Made by a program: the position numbers and the translations under genes
Shown: in pieces, positions 1 to 13,289 of the stretch
Position numbering within the stretch: the stretch's first letter is position 1
Layout: every line of letters starts with the position of its first letter
Source of the DNA: Octopus sinensis
Taxonomy: Eukaryota
Reading direction: 5' to 3'
Length of the DNA stretch: 64,000 nucleotides
NCBI RefSeq assembly: GCF_006345805.1
Contig: NC_043000.1
Location: 33,294,001 to 33,358,000 of the forward strand
Notes under the pieces: model-generated
What the model saw: only the letters and a program-made list of their open reading frames with translations
Database searches by the model: none
Told to the model about the DNA's origin: nothing

Positions 1-1137
1 CCACTCTTCCATCTTCCCCTCCCCCCCCCCTCCGCTGCAGTTTTTTTCCTTAAACCCCCCCTCTTTGTACACACACGCACACACATACACACACCTACTC
101 ACACACACACACATTTGCATATATATATACATTACACTTACACACACTTCAAATTTACTTGCCATACACCCAACTACGCACACTGGACACACTACCACTC
201 AACACACACACTGGCACGTTACATACGCCCCCACCCTTTCCCTCCTTCCCTTCCTCCCATTTTTTACCACTGACCACTCACTCGAGACTTGCTTGTCATC
301 TGTTCGCCCTGCACGCACTAACATATACATATTTTTTGTTTTTTTATCTCGCCTCACACACACATACACACACGCACACGCACACACTCACACATACATG
401 CACACGCGCACACACATACCTCCCTGTTTCTGACCTGCCTTTCTCACTTGCTTTCACACTCCTTTAACTCTACTACTGCCTGCTACTAGCCACTGTCCAC
501 CATACACACACATACACACACACGCACACACACATACACACACCCTCGTTTTCTCGCACACCTTTTTTACCATTCCCTCTTTGATTCAGCTCTCCTGTTT
601 TTAAAAAACATTTTCCTCCTTTTTTACAACTTCCGTCTTTTCAGTATGTGACCTCGTGAAGACTACCTGCAATTTTTTTCCTCTGTCCTCCCGTCTCGGG
701 ATCTTTCTTTCTCCTATGTTTCCGACGAAGAGCTCCGCTCGAAACGTCGTACCCTCCTTCTTCCATTTTCCTGAGCGCCTAATAATAATAATACTGTAAT
801 TGTTCCACGTGTTGTTGTTTTTTCTGTTTTCCCGTTTGGATTAACCCTATATATATATATATATAATATATATATATAGCAATAATAAACATCTGAACGA
901 GGTATAAACAGTAACTGCACGATAATGTGAGGTATACTTGCCATCTCAATATGGCTAACCACTTAGGTTGACGAGGGAGGGATGACCTCCCTTTGCAAAT
1001 ACCATAAGAGCACAGAAAGTGTGCCTAAAGCCAGCTGGAGACGATGTTCTCCTGGGGCTACAAGCTACAGTAACACCCACCCTTAGTGGTTAGCCATATT
1101 GAGATGGCAAGTATACCTCACATATATATATATATAT

Positions 1138-1168
<31 letters not shown>

Positions 1169-1449
1169 GTGTGTGTGTGTGTATGTATGTATATATACAC
1201 ACACAGACGCATGTGTATGTATGTAAAAATATACGTATGTGTATGTGAATGTCTCTCTAAGTGTGTGTGTGTGTGTGTGGTGTGTGTGTGTGTGTGTGAG
1301 GTACCCAAAAGTAACCGGAAACGTTCTCTGTGGGACGAGCCGCTTGTAGCTCAGGCCGTTAGAAACCACTTGATGCGACCCTCAGAAACCACTTGATGCC
1401 GACCGGCGTCATCCACTGGGGTCGTACTGCCACATGGTGCTTCTTTGCT

Positions 1450-1925
1450 TTGCAGTGCTTCTCCCCTGTTTGTCGATTTTTGCGATGGCTGAAACGAAGG
1501 AACAGCATCCGAAAAAATTGTCATGCTTTAAACAGCTTACAAGGACGCTGCCATGAGCAAAACACAAATTTATGAGGGGTTTCCAAGCTTTAGGCATGGT
1601 CACTTATCGCTTGAAGACTAACCTCGTTAAGGATGGCCATCGACCTTTCGGACGAAAGAAAACGTCATAAAAGTTCATTGAGGATCGTCACCAAATAACT
1701 GACGAACTTGTTGAGATGAGCGATGTGCCCTGGTGCTTTTGTCAACGAATTTTGAGTGAGGAATTGCGAATGGAAAAAGTTGCAGCAAAATGTGTGCCTT
1801 GCTCGCACACGGAAGATCAAAAGTGGTCATGGCTGAATGCGTGTCGTGGACTAAAGGAACAGTTGGAAGCTGATCTGGACGTTTCTGGAAGATCATCACT
1901 GGTGACGGAAGCTGGTGCTACGGAA
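1450..1925 (+). mobile_element. Degenerate Tc1/mariner transposase fragment
   Basis: Frameshifted RILSEELRMEKVAAKCVP (WVP-like motif) and IITGDxSWCY (first catalytic Asp). Confidence 0.75.
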
Positions 1926-2788
1926 TTTGCAGATGTGGAAGAAGTAAGAAAAAAAACCGATAGGGGTGTTAAAAGGCATCACTTTGCAAGAATTCCAACA
2001 CTGCTTCCAACTGTGGTAAACGTGCCTGGACCAATGGAGTGCGTGAAATGGAGAATACTTTGAAGGCGATAAAAGTGTAAACATGTAAATCTAAGAGGAT
2101 TAGATAATATTGCAAAATTCCGGTTTCCTCGGGGTACCCCCTCGTATATATATATATATATATACTTTATTTAAAAGCAGCAGAAATGTAACAAAAGCTG
2201 TTACCGGGTGCAATCACAACAGACTTGATATAGTTTTATCGGGCAGGAAACAAATGCCATGCATTGTAGAGATCATCTGTCCCATCCGATGTGAATATTT
2301 CTCCGAAAGCTTTAGAGAAAAAAGTAAAGAACAATTGTGATGGATTAAGGAAGAATGGCGGTGAGCAGGCAGAAACGTTAAACACCAGACAAAATGCTTA
2401 GCGGTATTTCGTCTGCCGCTACGTTCACCACCCCATATGAAACGTATACTGGAAGGTGTAAGTTATGTACAAAGGAAGCAATCAGTATACTTCGTTTACA
2501 GAAAAGAAAATTTTAATTAATAAAATCTCGGACATTATAATTGTATCTAGCAATAAGTATTTAACTACGTTTAAGTTTTTTGAAAAGTAAATAGGTTAGA
2601 ATCTGATCTTGTAAATATCGACTTGCCTTAATAAAATAATAAAAATTTTTTTCACTTTGGTTAGATTTGATCAACTTAAAGTTTAAGCATAAAATTCTTT
2701 ATACACTGGCATCTTAGTGATTCACGGGCTTAGCGTCGCATTCGAACCTATTAACTTCCTGCTATAACATTAAAAAATATATATAACA

Positions 2789-3301
2789 CTAGCAGTATCG
2801 CCAGGCGTTGCTCGGGTTTGTAAGGGAAATAACTATATAAGCATTTTTAGAGAGTTACTTCCCTTATAGATGCCAATTCGGGCTTTCTTAGCCATTTCTG
2901 TTTTGGTGTCTTCAAGCCATGAAGTCGTTGTTCTAAAAGAACGCTGGTCTCCTTGACAACGCTTTACGACGTTGATTTCCTTACACTCCCTTCCCCACAG
3001 CTTCACGAGGGAGGGAAGAAGGGGAGAAGCAACACAGGTGCAGGTGTGACCATGGACGCCAACTCCGCCGCCATCGACACACGAAAAAATATGCATTAAA
3101 ATGGAATAAAAACTGATGTTAAATTATTTTTTAAATCGTAGACTCATCGTAGACGCGCGCTAATACCCAGACGGGCTCGATATGAATCACGACTATAAGA
3201 TACCCGAATTTGGTTAAACTGCATCGCAAAATGTGGGAGTAGTTAGGAATCTAAATCGAAGGGGACAGACACTCACACAACTACAGTTTTATATATATAG
3301 A
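2789..3301 (-). mobile_element. Non-autonomous Helitron (HINE/DINE-like)
   Basis: Minus strand reads A|TCTATATATATAAAACTG...CCCGAGCAACGCCTGG...CTAG|T: 5' TC, subterminal hairpin, 3' CTAG, A|T target. Confidence 0.75.
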
Positions 3302-3811
3302 TTACTCGATATGACCTCAAGTTCTGTAGGTAGGAGATATTTTAATCGATTTATTTGTACCTCTGATGAGGGAAATGCGACGATTTGTATTGGCTGGAAA
3401 ATTCGCCCATACAAACGCATTTCTTTTATTTAAGCCAAGGGGTATAAATAAAAGGATAATCAGTTGTGATTATTCTACTTCTTTTCTTACATAGTGTATC
3501 TAGGAGTACAGTATCCAACATGTTCCACTCTTTTTTTATGAAGGTAAGGTATAGTTTGAGGAAGGTTTTAGCTACAGATTCTAGCAGATCGAGCGACCAT
3601 GTCTAGACACATTCCCTCTTCGGCATACACTGGTTTGTTGCTGTAAAACGTAGTCAAGTGCGTGGCACCCTGCAAGAAGCGACCAGCTGTTACCAATGAT
3701 TTCGACAACGACGTCAGAATATCTTATGTGGCAGTTTGATGTCGCAATTGATCTGGCCTGCGAAAATATCGATTCTCTATTGACAAACACAAAATACAAA
3801 AATAATATTTA

Positions 3812-3865
<54 letters not shown>

Positions 3866-3997
3866 AAGAAAAGGGAGACTATAAAATATTTTAGAATATT
3901 AGTTTGGAAGTTTTATATCCTCGTGTTGGATAAATAATTTAACGAATCAGGGGCAAAAGACAGAATTCACACGACGCAATACGATTACTATTACACG

Positions 3998-4340
3998 GTG
4001 GAGGTTCAATGGCCCAGGACTCGCGGTAGTGAGATCGCAGTTTCGATCCCCAGACCGGGCGTCGCGAGTGTTTACTGAGCGAAAACACCTACAGCTCCGC
4101 GAGGCTCCAGCGAGGGGTGGCGAACCCTGCTGTACTCTTTCACCACAACTTTCTCTCACTCTTTCTTCCTGTTTCTGTTGTACCCATATTTCAAAAGGCC
4201 AGCCTTGTCACACTCCGTATCACGCAGAATCTCCCCGAGAACTACGTTAAGGATACACGTGTCTATGGAGTGCACGTCCATTTACACCTTAATTTCACGG
4301 ATCAACTGGAAACCTCGAAGTGCCACGGCTATTACACGAA
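3998..4340 (+). mobile_element. tRNA-derived SINE (octopus OR-like family)
   Basis: GGAGG..CAATGGCCCAG head, B-box-like GTTTCGATCC and a body shared with the copies at 7629-8013, 11380-11770 and 63640-63905. Confidence 0.7.
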
Positions 4341-4959
4341 TCTCAACGATCTCAATCAACGGCTCACAGTGAACTGCTTACGAATTACTCACAGTTCTTT
4401 ATTTTGTAGCAATGTCTCAGTCCACTTTTAGTCACATGGGGATGGTCGAAATCCTTCCACAACATCACCCCTTTTCAGAAGTAGTCTCCTCTTTTGAGAA
4501 TTAAACTCCGCTCGGAGTTTTAATATCTCTTACGCATAGGGTTCAATTCCAGTGTTTCCGTTTTCTGGTGCTAGGACGTGTACTTTCGAATTGTTTGGGT
4601 GTCGGTACCTCAAACGTGTCATACAATACTTCAATAGGGTTTACATTTCTCGTGACTATTTTTGCCGTGAATCTTTTTTTAAGTTGGTTAATATGTCTTT
4701 TATGTTCGATATTTTTTCCCTTTTACGAGGAATAACATTCTTCCAATTTGTTAGTTAACTATACCATCCTCCCAGCTTTCTTTGCCATATCTTTAGATTA
4801 AAAAAAAAATTTCCCTTTAACTTGAAGAATTTTGAAGTATTTTTGTTGTTCGCTTCATTTAATTTTCACTCGGTATCAACTTATCAAAGGCAGATCTGAT
4901 CTTCTTAGAAACCATCGAATCTGCGGGTGACATTCCAAACGGAATAATCGGATTAGGTG

Positions 4960-5403
4960 TTACTCGTTACAATCTTAGAAATTGTTGATGTACAAGGTCG
5001 TCCATTACTTCATTCTTCGCCTTAATCAACGCCCAACGAGCTTTAGCTTCCAGTCGTCAGATGTTTCAAAATATTTTGCCAGTCCATTTGTGGTGTCTTT
5101 GTAGGAGATTTCAAATTGGATCAAGCCTAACCTCCTTGAGCCCTGTGAAGATAAAGACGATCTGCGGCTGCCTTTGGGTGGTGCATCTTATTGCAAGTCA
5201 GTAGCTTACGGGTTTTCCTGTCAATCTTTCTTATTTCGCTCATATTCCAGTTCAACACATTGAAACTGTAAATAACAACAGGAACTGCTTAGGAATTTAT
5301 GGCTAACACCCTGTTGCGTGCATTTAACTCGGATTTCAGGACTGCTCGAACTCTCCTGTAACACTCCTTCCTGATCTTCTCTTTCATACTTGCATGCTGA
5401 ATG
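4960..5403 (-). mobile_element. R4/Dong-clade non-LTR retrotransposon fragment
   Basis: Translates MKEKIRKECYRRVRAVLKSELNARNRVLAINS*AVPVVIYSF...IDRKTRKLL...MHHPKAAADRLYLHRAQGG*, the post-RT region of the R4 clade, with in-frame stops. Confidence 0.75.
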
Positions 5404-5454
5404 CTAGAGCCCTCATTTATTCCACGGTATTTGTAAGTTTGTTCCTGCTCCAGT

Positions 5455-5479
5455 TCTTCTCTTCTTCTTCTTCTTCTTC

Positions 5480-5526
<47 letters not shown>

Positions 5527-5563
5527 GTTGTTGTTGTTGTTATTATTATTATTATTATTATTG

Positions 5564-5597
<34 letters not shown>
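5455..5597. repeat. Compound (TTC)n/(TAT)n/(TGT)n microsatellite
   Basis: Seen directly in the sequence. Confidence 0.95.
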
Positions 5598-6046
5598 GGA
5601 ATTAGTTGTGTCTTATCTGTTATTGTGTGCCACTTTGTTTGCCTTGCTGTTCTTCCTGCATAAAAGGTGAATTATTCAAATATAAAATATTTCTCTAAGT
5701 TTGAAATTTCCTCAATGAGAAAGACAGAGAGGGGGTGGTGGGAGATAGAGAGACAGCGAGAGAGGGAGGTGAGTGAAAGATAGAGATAGAGGGAGGAGGC
5801 TCAAGGTTAACTTATTGATACTGTCGGTCACTGACACAACACAATGAGGTTATTGTAGTGTAACGGCAAAGGGAGGTCACCCATCATCATCAGCTCGGCA
5901 GCCTTATCAGGGAAATATTTTGTCAAGATAACGAGCGCAAAGTAATTTCCTTCACTTTGGAATATGTTGAATCTATAAATCTATAATGGCCAAGAACTGT
6001 GCCTTTCCTGACCGAGAATCAACAGTTTATTGAAAGATGTGGTGTT

Positions 6047-6198
6047 CATATACATATACATACATACATACATACATACATACATACATACATACATACA
6101 TACATACATACATACATACATACGTACGTACGTACATACATACATACATGCATACATACAGTCACACAGATGTACATGTATGCATGTATATATATATA

Positions 6199-6234
<36 letters not shown>

Positions 6235-6238
6235 TATT

Positions 6239-6281
<43 letters not shown>

Positions 6282-6284
6282 ATA

Positions 6285-6366
<82 letters not shown>

Positions 6367-6650
6367 GGTGAAATTAATTAATTTGGAATAATCATTAATT
6401 TCACCAAGTAGATTTCGGCATGTAAAAGCCCCATTCAAGGAAAGTTTAAGTAATAATAAGTAATTAAGGGTTTAGCATGTATGTATGTGTGGATGTATGA
6501 AGTATGTATGTATGTATATGTATGTAGTATGCATGTATGTATGTATGTATGTATGTATGTATGTATGTATGTATGTATGTATGTATGTATGTATGTATGT
6601 ATGTATGTACGTATGTATGTATGTATATATGTGTGTATGTAGTATGCATG

Positions 6651-6681
<31 letters not shown>

Positions 6682-6730
6682 GTATGTATGTATGTATGTA
6701 TGTATGCATGTATGTATGTATGTATGTAAC
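6047..6730. repeat. (CATA)n, (TA)n and (TATG)n microsatellite blocks
   Basis: Seen directly; these produce the spurious HTYI/MYVC ORFs. Similar tracts at 60-560, 1120-1300, 7280-7455, 8995-9215 and 41820-41885. Confidence 0.95.
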
Positions 6731-6865
6731 AGTTAAGCTTCGTGCAATGGCCATACTCGATAACGAGGGGGCATCCATAATATATATTCAAAATGTGACC
6801 GCGTGTGTATCGTTGGCGATTTTATTTCCTCCGTCTTCCTTTCCTTGGATCTTTCCTTTTTCTAT

Positions 6866-6900
6866 GTTTCTGACGAAGAGCTCCGCTCGAAACGTTAAAT
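6866..6900 (+). ncRNA. Minimal type I hammerhead-like motif in a Penelope-like terminal repeat
   Basis: GTTT-CTGACGA-A-GAGC(TCC)GCTC-GAAA-CGTT-AAAT. A second, core-mutated copy of the same ~160-nt repeat lies at about 690-850. Confidence 0.45.
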
Positions 6901-7046
6901 CCTCCTTCTTTCTTTCCTTTCCTGAGCGTCCAATAACACTATACTTGTTCCACGTCCTCGCGTTGTTGTGTTTTCTCTTTGTGTTTTCATGTTTGGATTA
7001 ACTTTATATATATATATATATATGTGTCTGTGTGTGTGTGTGTGTG

Positions 7047-7275
7047 TTTCTTTATTACCCACAAGGGGCTAAATATAGAAGGGACAAACAAGGACAGACA
7101 AACGAATTAAGTCGATTACATCGACCCCAATGCGTAACTGGTACTTAATTTATCGGCCCCGAAAGGATGAAAGGCAAAGTCGACCTCGGCGGAATTTGAA
7201 CTCAGAACGTAACGGTAGACGAAATACCGCTAAGCATTTCGCCCGGCGTGCTAACGTTTCTGCCAGCTCGCCGCC
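7047..7275 (-). mobile_element. tRNA-derived SINE (second abundant family, OK-like)
   Basis: GGCGGCGAGCTGGCAGAAACGTTAGC head and GAGTTCAAATTCC B box. Other copies at about 9320-9640, 10810-11000, 15960-16180, 22640-22830, 33120-33235, 42693-42900 and 46400-46540. Confidence 0.75.
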
Positions 7276-7279
7276 TATA

Positions 7280-7312
<33 letters not shown>

Positions 7313-7628
7313 TGTACGTATGTACGTATGTATGTATGTATGTATGTATGTATGTATGTATGTACGTATGTAATGTATGTATGTATGTATGTATGTATGT
7401 ATGTATGTATGCATGCATGTATGTATGTATGTATGTATGTATGTATGTATGTATGCAAGCATGCAATGCATTTTTCAAAAACGATAAGAAAGTGAGTAGG
7501 AATACTTTCTTGGTTGTCTTACAGTCCGCTGCCTCATATGAAAGTCAAAGAATTTACTTTGAAATGAAAGAGAAAATAGTTTTTACTTCGAAAAAAAAAA
7601 AAAGGGTAAAACCGTTTCCGTAGAAGAT

Positions 7629-8013
7629 GGAAGCACTCCGTCGGTTACGACGACGAGGGTTCCGGTTGATCCGAATCAACGGAACAGCCTGCTCGTAAAA
7701 TTAACGTGTAAGTGGCTGAGCACTCCACAGACACGTGTACCCTTAACGTAGTTCTCGGAGATATTCAGCGTGACACAGAGAGTGACAAGGCCGGCCCTTT
7801 GAAATACAGGTACAACAGAAACAGGAAGTAAAGGTGAGAGAAAGTTGTGGTGAAAGAGTACAGCAGGGATCACCACCACTCCCTGCCGGAGCCTCGTGGA
7901 GCTTTAGGTGTTTTCGCTCAATAAACACTCACAACGCCCGGTCCGGGAATCGAAACCGCGATCCTATGACCGCGAGTCCGCTGCCCTAACACATGGGCCA
8001 TTGCGCCTCCACT
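7629..8013 (-). mobile_element. Full-length OR-like SINE with 11-bp TSD
   Basis: CCGTAGAAGAT is duplicated at 7618-7628 and 8014-8024. Confidence 0.8.
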
Positions 8014-8677
8014 CCGTAGAAGATATAATTATGATGAAACGAAAATAGTTGATAAAGACAGTAAAATTTCAAGAGCAGGGCTAGGGAGTCTCTAAGACAT
8101 TTGGTGAACTAGAACTTGCTGAGTCATAGCGGAATTGTGTAAAAAGAAGAAATGAGACCTCGGTGCATATCACATACAATCAGAATTTTAATTAACAAAG
8201 ATCATATGGCATAGTCTTCTTAAATGATGGTTTAAACAATTATGTAAATGTATTAGATTTATTTATCATTTGTATTTAAATAAATGAATACAATTTCCAA
8301 TTTTCACCAAGGAGAACACGTTCCCTTTTTGATTATCTTTGCAGCGTCACATACAACACATACCTTGACAAGCAGAATAAGATTGTAAATGGTTTCAGTT
8401 TGACCATCCGATGACCTGCATTTGTTGCGGTGTAACTAATGGAATTATTATTATTAAAGGAGACAAACTGGAAACAAGAAAGTGGCAAGCATTGATCAGA
8501 GTATCAGCGTTGTTTCTTACAGACTTGATATCAACATATGTAAACATAAACGACGACGACGACGACGATGATGATGATGATGATGAGGAGGAGGAGGAGG
8601 ATGATACTGATATTATTGCGTACTACAACCCATCAAAGGTGCATGTACAGTACATAGAACTACGCTATATGCCCGTG

Positions 8678-8870
8678 GGCATATGGTGTAGTGGTTACAT
8701 CGAAAAATACCTTAGGAATGAGAACCCAGGTTCGAAATTTCCCCCAAGACACCTGATGAAGGCTGGAGAGTATATCAGCAGAAACGTTGTGTCAACAACA
8801 AACAAGAAGAGGACAAATATCCGTCAAATGTAAATAATGTAAATAATTCCTCATTTCTTAAATATAGAAC
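8678..8870 (+). mobile_element. tRNA-head repeat carrying a minimal hammerhead motif (8748-8793)
   Basis: GGCATATGGTGTAGTGGTTA A-box head, then GACAC-CTGATGA-A-GGCTG..CAGC(A)-GAAA-CGTT-GTGTC. Confidence 0.6.
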
Positions 8871-8992
8871 TGTAGCATGAACAGGATAAACTATCCATAG
8901 GCCGACAAATTTTTCTGCAAAATATGGATAGTTTATCCTGTTCGTGCTATAATATTAGCATTACCCTGCGTTTGAGAATAAAATTATTTCTT

Positions 8993-9071
<79 letters not shown>

Positions 9072-9152
9072 AGTATGTCTGTGTGTGTGCGTGTAGTATG
9101 TCTGTGTGTGTGCGTGTGTGTGTAGTATGTCTGTGTGTGTGTGTGCGTGCGT

Positions 9153-9202
<50 letters not shown>

Positions 9203-12200
9203 TATGTCTGTCTGTCACTCTCTCTGTCTATCAACACACACTTTTTTCTTCTAATTTTCACATATTAATTTCTACTCTAAGCACAAGGTCCGAAATTGTG
9301 TGAGGGGGAGACCAATCGATTAGATCGACCCCAGTACACAACTGGTACTTAAATTATCGACCCCGAAAGGATGAAAGGGTAAAGTCAACCTCGGCAGAAT
9401 TTGAACTCAGAACGAAATACCTATTTCTTTACTACCCACAAGGGGCTAAACACAGAGAGGACAAACAAAGACAGACAAACGGATTAAGTCGATTATATCC
9501 ACCCCAGTGCGTAACTGGTACTTATTAAATTGACCCCGAAAGGATGAAAGGCAAAGTCGACCTCGGCGGAATTTGAACTCAGAACGTAACGGCAGACGAA
9601 ATACGGCTCCGCATTTCGCCCGGCGTGCGAACATTTCTGCCCACACGTCACAATTGTTGGTAGCAGACAAACATTCTTAAACATAGGCGTCCCTGAAACG
9701 TTAAAATATGAATGAACAAAGTAGCATTAATGGATTCTGGTGATCAATATTTTACTGAAGAGCAAGACGAAATAAATGTTCCCCTCTCAGCCATATTGAA
9801 GTCCTTTCCTATTTTAAGTAAATTAGGAAGAGATCATCTCTCAGGAGTCTGGAGGTTTCAGCGAAAGGTATTGGTTTAACAATGGTCTTTTAGAATCGCT
9901 CCAGCATTGGCAAAAACGCGCTTGTACTAGTTCCCGCAACCACCACCACTTACATATATTTCCATAATGGTCAATTCCTCAACCATTGGCATTGGTAAAA
10001 AATGAAACAGCTTCATAACAAAAACCTACATCAACAGGTGGCGCTTCTTGTAGAAAGCCACACTTGATTCTATGAAGAGAAGTGTCTTGTTCCAAGGAAT
10101 TTGCCATCTTCTGCATATACTCTTTACTCCCATTAATAGCTACTTTACAGATTAGAAAATGACAGATGAAGGTCACATCATCACATTCCCACCGGGCAAT
10201 GGGAAATATTTGGGTGGATAACACTTGATAAAGCTTAAATTTTCTCTAAAATGTGAATAAATCTGGAATAAAAATAAATCAAATAGATTTGAACCTGTAA
10301 AAGTTGTGAGCAGTAAAATAAAGCTCCAATGTTTTTGCATGAAATTATGTAACTCTTAGTCTCAAGCTCTTCATCACTCATCAACAGCGAATAAAGACTT
10401 GTGTTCATTCACATACACATCGCAAATATCTAGTGATTACGATGCATACACACACTGATTTATTCCTGTGAGCAGCTGTTTAAACAGTAATTCTGAACAC
10501 TGCTGGCATTCAACTTAAGAGTCAAACTTCAAATATGGTTTAGAGACAATATCAGAAGTGAGTGTGTGCAGAACTGATTGCAGATAACAAAAGGGAATTG
10601 GTGACAGAGGAATTTTACTGCACACTTTGCTTGAAATGGTGTCACCTCAACACCATGTGCATGTGGGTATATATATGTTTGTGTGTGTGTGTGTGTTAAA
10701 TAGAATGAGACAACAAAGCCAAATCTGTGTGGAATTTTCAGGACATCTATAAAGAGAAAGTTTAGTCTTCAGCATACTCACTCACACACTTACACACTGC
10801 ATATGAGGTGATGAACTGGAAGAATCATTAGAATGCCGAGTAGATGCTTAGCGACATTTCGTTCGTCCCTTACATTCTAAGTTCAAATTCCACCGAGGTC
10901 GATTTTGCTTTTCATCCTCTCGGGGGTCGATAAAATAAGCAAAAGTTGAGCACTGAGATGGATGCAGTCGAACTTACTCTTCTCCGAAATTGTTGGCATT
11001 GTGCCAAAATGTAAAACGTATATAAAATTGTAGGGTGGGGGCGAGAGAGAGAGAGAGAGAGAGAATTCCATACCAAGTTTTTATGGACAACTAAAAAAAA
11101 TCACGACGTAAAGTTGGTAGACCATTCCTACAGCTTAATGACAAATTTAGGGATTAATTAAAACGCCTCAAAAGGTAATGATTGGGAGGTTATTGCAAAG
11201 AGCGAAAATGACAGGGGAAGACGGTTCCATATGGGATTAGTAAACTTTGAAGCACAAAGAATCCTTCGCCATAACCAGACGCATGAAGACAGAAAGTGAA
11301 ATTATCAAAAATACGAATAATCTGGCAAACTTTCACTGACCAATTGTAATTTTGCTATTAGATCAAATATTGGCTGGACTGGTCATCCCTGTTGCTCGTT
11401 CTGCTGTTGTTGTTGAGTGAAGCGGTCTTCGTCCCAGTGGGAGAAGTGCGAAACGTGGTCCTTTGCTATTCGTAAGACCCGCAAAAGAGAAAGCAGGTCA
11501 ACCCCCGACACCGAGAGCATCGTCGGATGGATGAATGCGCATCCAGACTCAGCGGTTGCGTAGGAGGTCGGGGACAAGAAACAGGAAGAAAGAGAGTGAG
11601 AAAGTTGGGGCGAAAGAGTACTACAGGGGTCTCCACCAACCCCTGTCGGAGCCTCGTGGAGCTTTAGGTGTTTTCGCTCAATAAACATACACAACGCCCA
11701 GTCTGGGAATCGAAACCGCGATCCTCCGACCGCGAGTTCGCTACCCTAACCATCGGGCCATTGCGCCTCCACTGCTCGTGCTGCTGAAAGCAACGTAATT
11801 CTGATATGTGCAACATGAAATCGATTGCGCAAAGCTCCTTCAATACAAATGCGTAGTCAGCAAATTGAATAAGATCCTCTATCTCCATCATCGTCGTCGT
11901 TTAACGTCCGCTTTCTATGATAGTATGGGTTGGACGGTTTGACTGAGGACTGGTGAGCCAGATGGCTGCACCAGGCTTCAATCTGATCTGCATATACTCT
12001 TTACTCCCATTAACAGCTCGATGCACTTCCTAACACCAGCCACTCCGAGAGTAAGTGGGTGTTTTTACGTGCCACCGGCACGAAGGCCAGTCAGGCGGTT
12101 CTGGCAACGACCACGCTCAAAAGGTATTTTTTACGTGCCATCTGCACGGAAGTCAGTCCAGCGACCCTGGCAACGGTCACACTCGGATGGTGCTTTTAAT

Positions 12201-13289
12201 GTTCCACTGGCACGAGTGCCAATCAGGTGGTACTGTCATCGGCCACGTCAGCAATTTTGATTTTGATTTCACTTGCCTCAATAGGTCTTTGCAAGCGTAG
12301 TTTATTGACCAATGAATGAAGGGAACTCCTAGGTGGGCTGGTTATACACCACTGGCATAAGCCACGGCTTGTTGGGTCTTCTCAAGCACAGCATATCTCC
12401 AAAGGTCTCGGCCACTAGTCATTGCCTCAATGAGGTCCAATGTTCGAAGGTCAAGCTTCACCATCTCATCCCAGGTTTTCCTGGGTCTACCTCTTCCACA
12501 GGTTCCTTCATACATATTAAAATTGCAAATAATGAAAACAAATTAACTAGCTAAAGTCTTCGGCCAACTATTGAAAATTTCTACTAATCGCCAAATTATA
12601 AGTGGATGTTTCGCATTGCATCTTTTACAGACGAATGGCCCTGTTGGAGTCATTTCCATACCTAATCCTTATATTTTGTAGTAGGGGCTCTGAATGAGAG
12701 GGGAGGATGAAAGACGACCACCAAAAATGGCTATGCAAAAGTTTTCGGTCACCTCACATAAACCAATCAAGAGTGTTTTAAAACAGAAAAATATCTATAA
12801 CGAAAATTTATTACATAAGGTTCATTTCATGAAGTTTACTGTACGTTGTTAATATTTCGTATGGCTTCCCATAGCTTGAATAATTGCTGGCATGGATTGG
12901 ACGGTTTGACTGAAAACTGGTAAGCTGTATCAGGCTCCAATCTGATCTGGCAATGTTTCTACGGCTGGATGCCATTCCTAACGCCAACCACTCCAACAGT
13001 GTAATGGGTACCAGTTACGAAGCACCGGTATCGGCCACGACAAAGATCTCACTTAGATTAACAGGTCTTCTCAAGCACAGTATATTGCCAAAGGTCTCGA
13101 TCACTTGTCACTGCATCCATGGGGCTCAACGTTCGGGGCTTTTTACGTGTCACTGTGCCAGTTACGCGACACTGGCGTCGGTCACGGCTACTATTTCAAT
13201 TGACTCGACTGGTCTTCTCAAGCACGACACATATCGCCAAAGGTCTCGGCCACTAGTCATTGCCTCCTAAATCATGCCTCACCACCTCA

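Noticed and set aside
8678-8700. tRNA genes at SINE heads
   Set aside because: The A/B-box heads do not complete a cloverleaf and continue into repeat bodies.
65-9303. Many HTYI/MYVC/CVCV/YIYI ORFs
   Set aside because: Translations of microsatellites.
9780-10261. Exon-like minus-strand segment (ORF 9979-10224 with candidate splice sites)
   Set aside because: No frame stays open between the candidate splice sites and I recognise no protein family; a pseudogene fragment cannot be excluded without a search.
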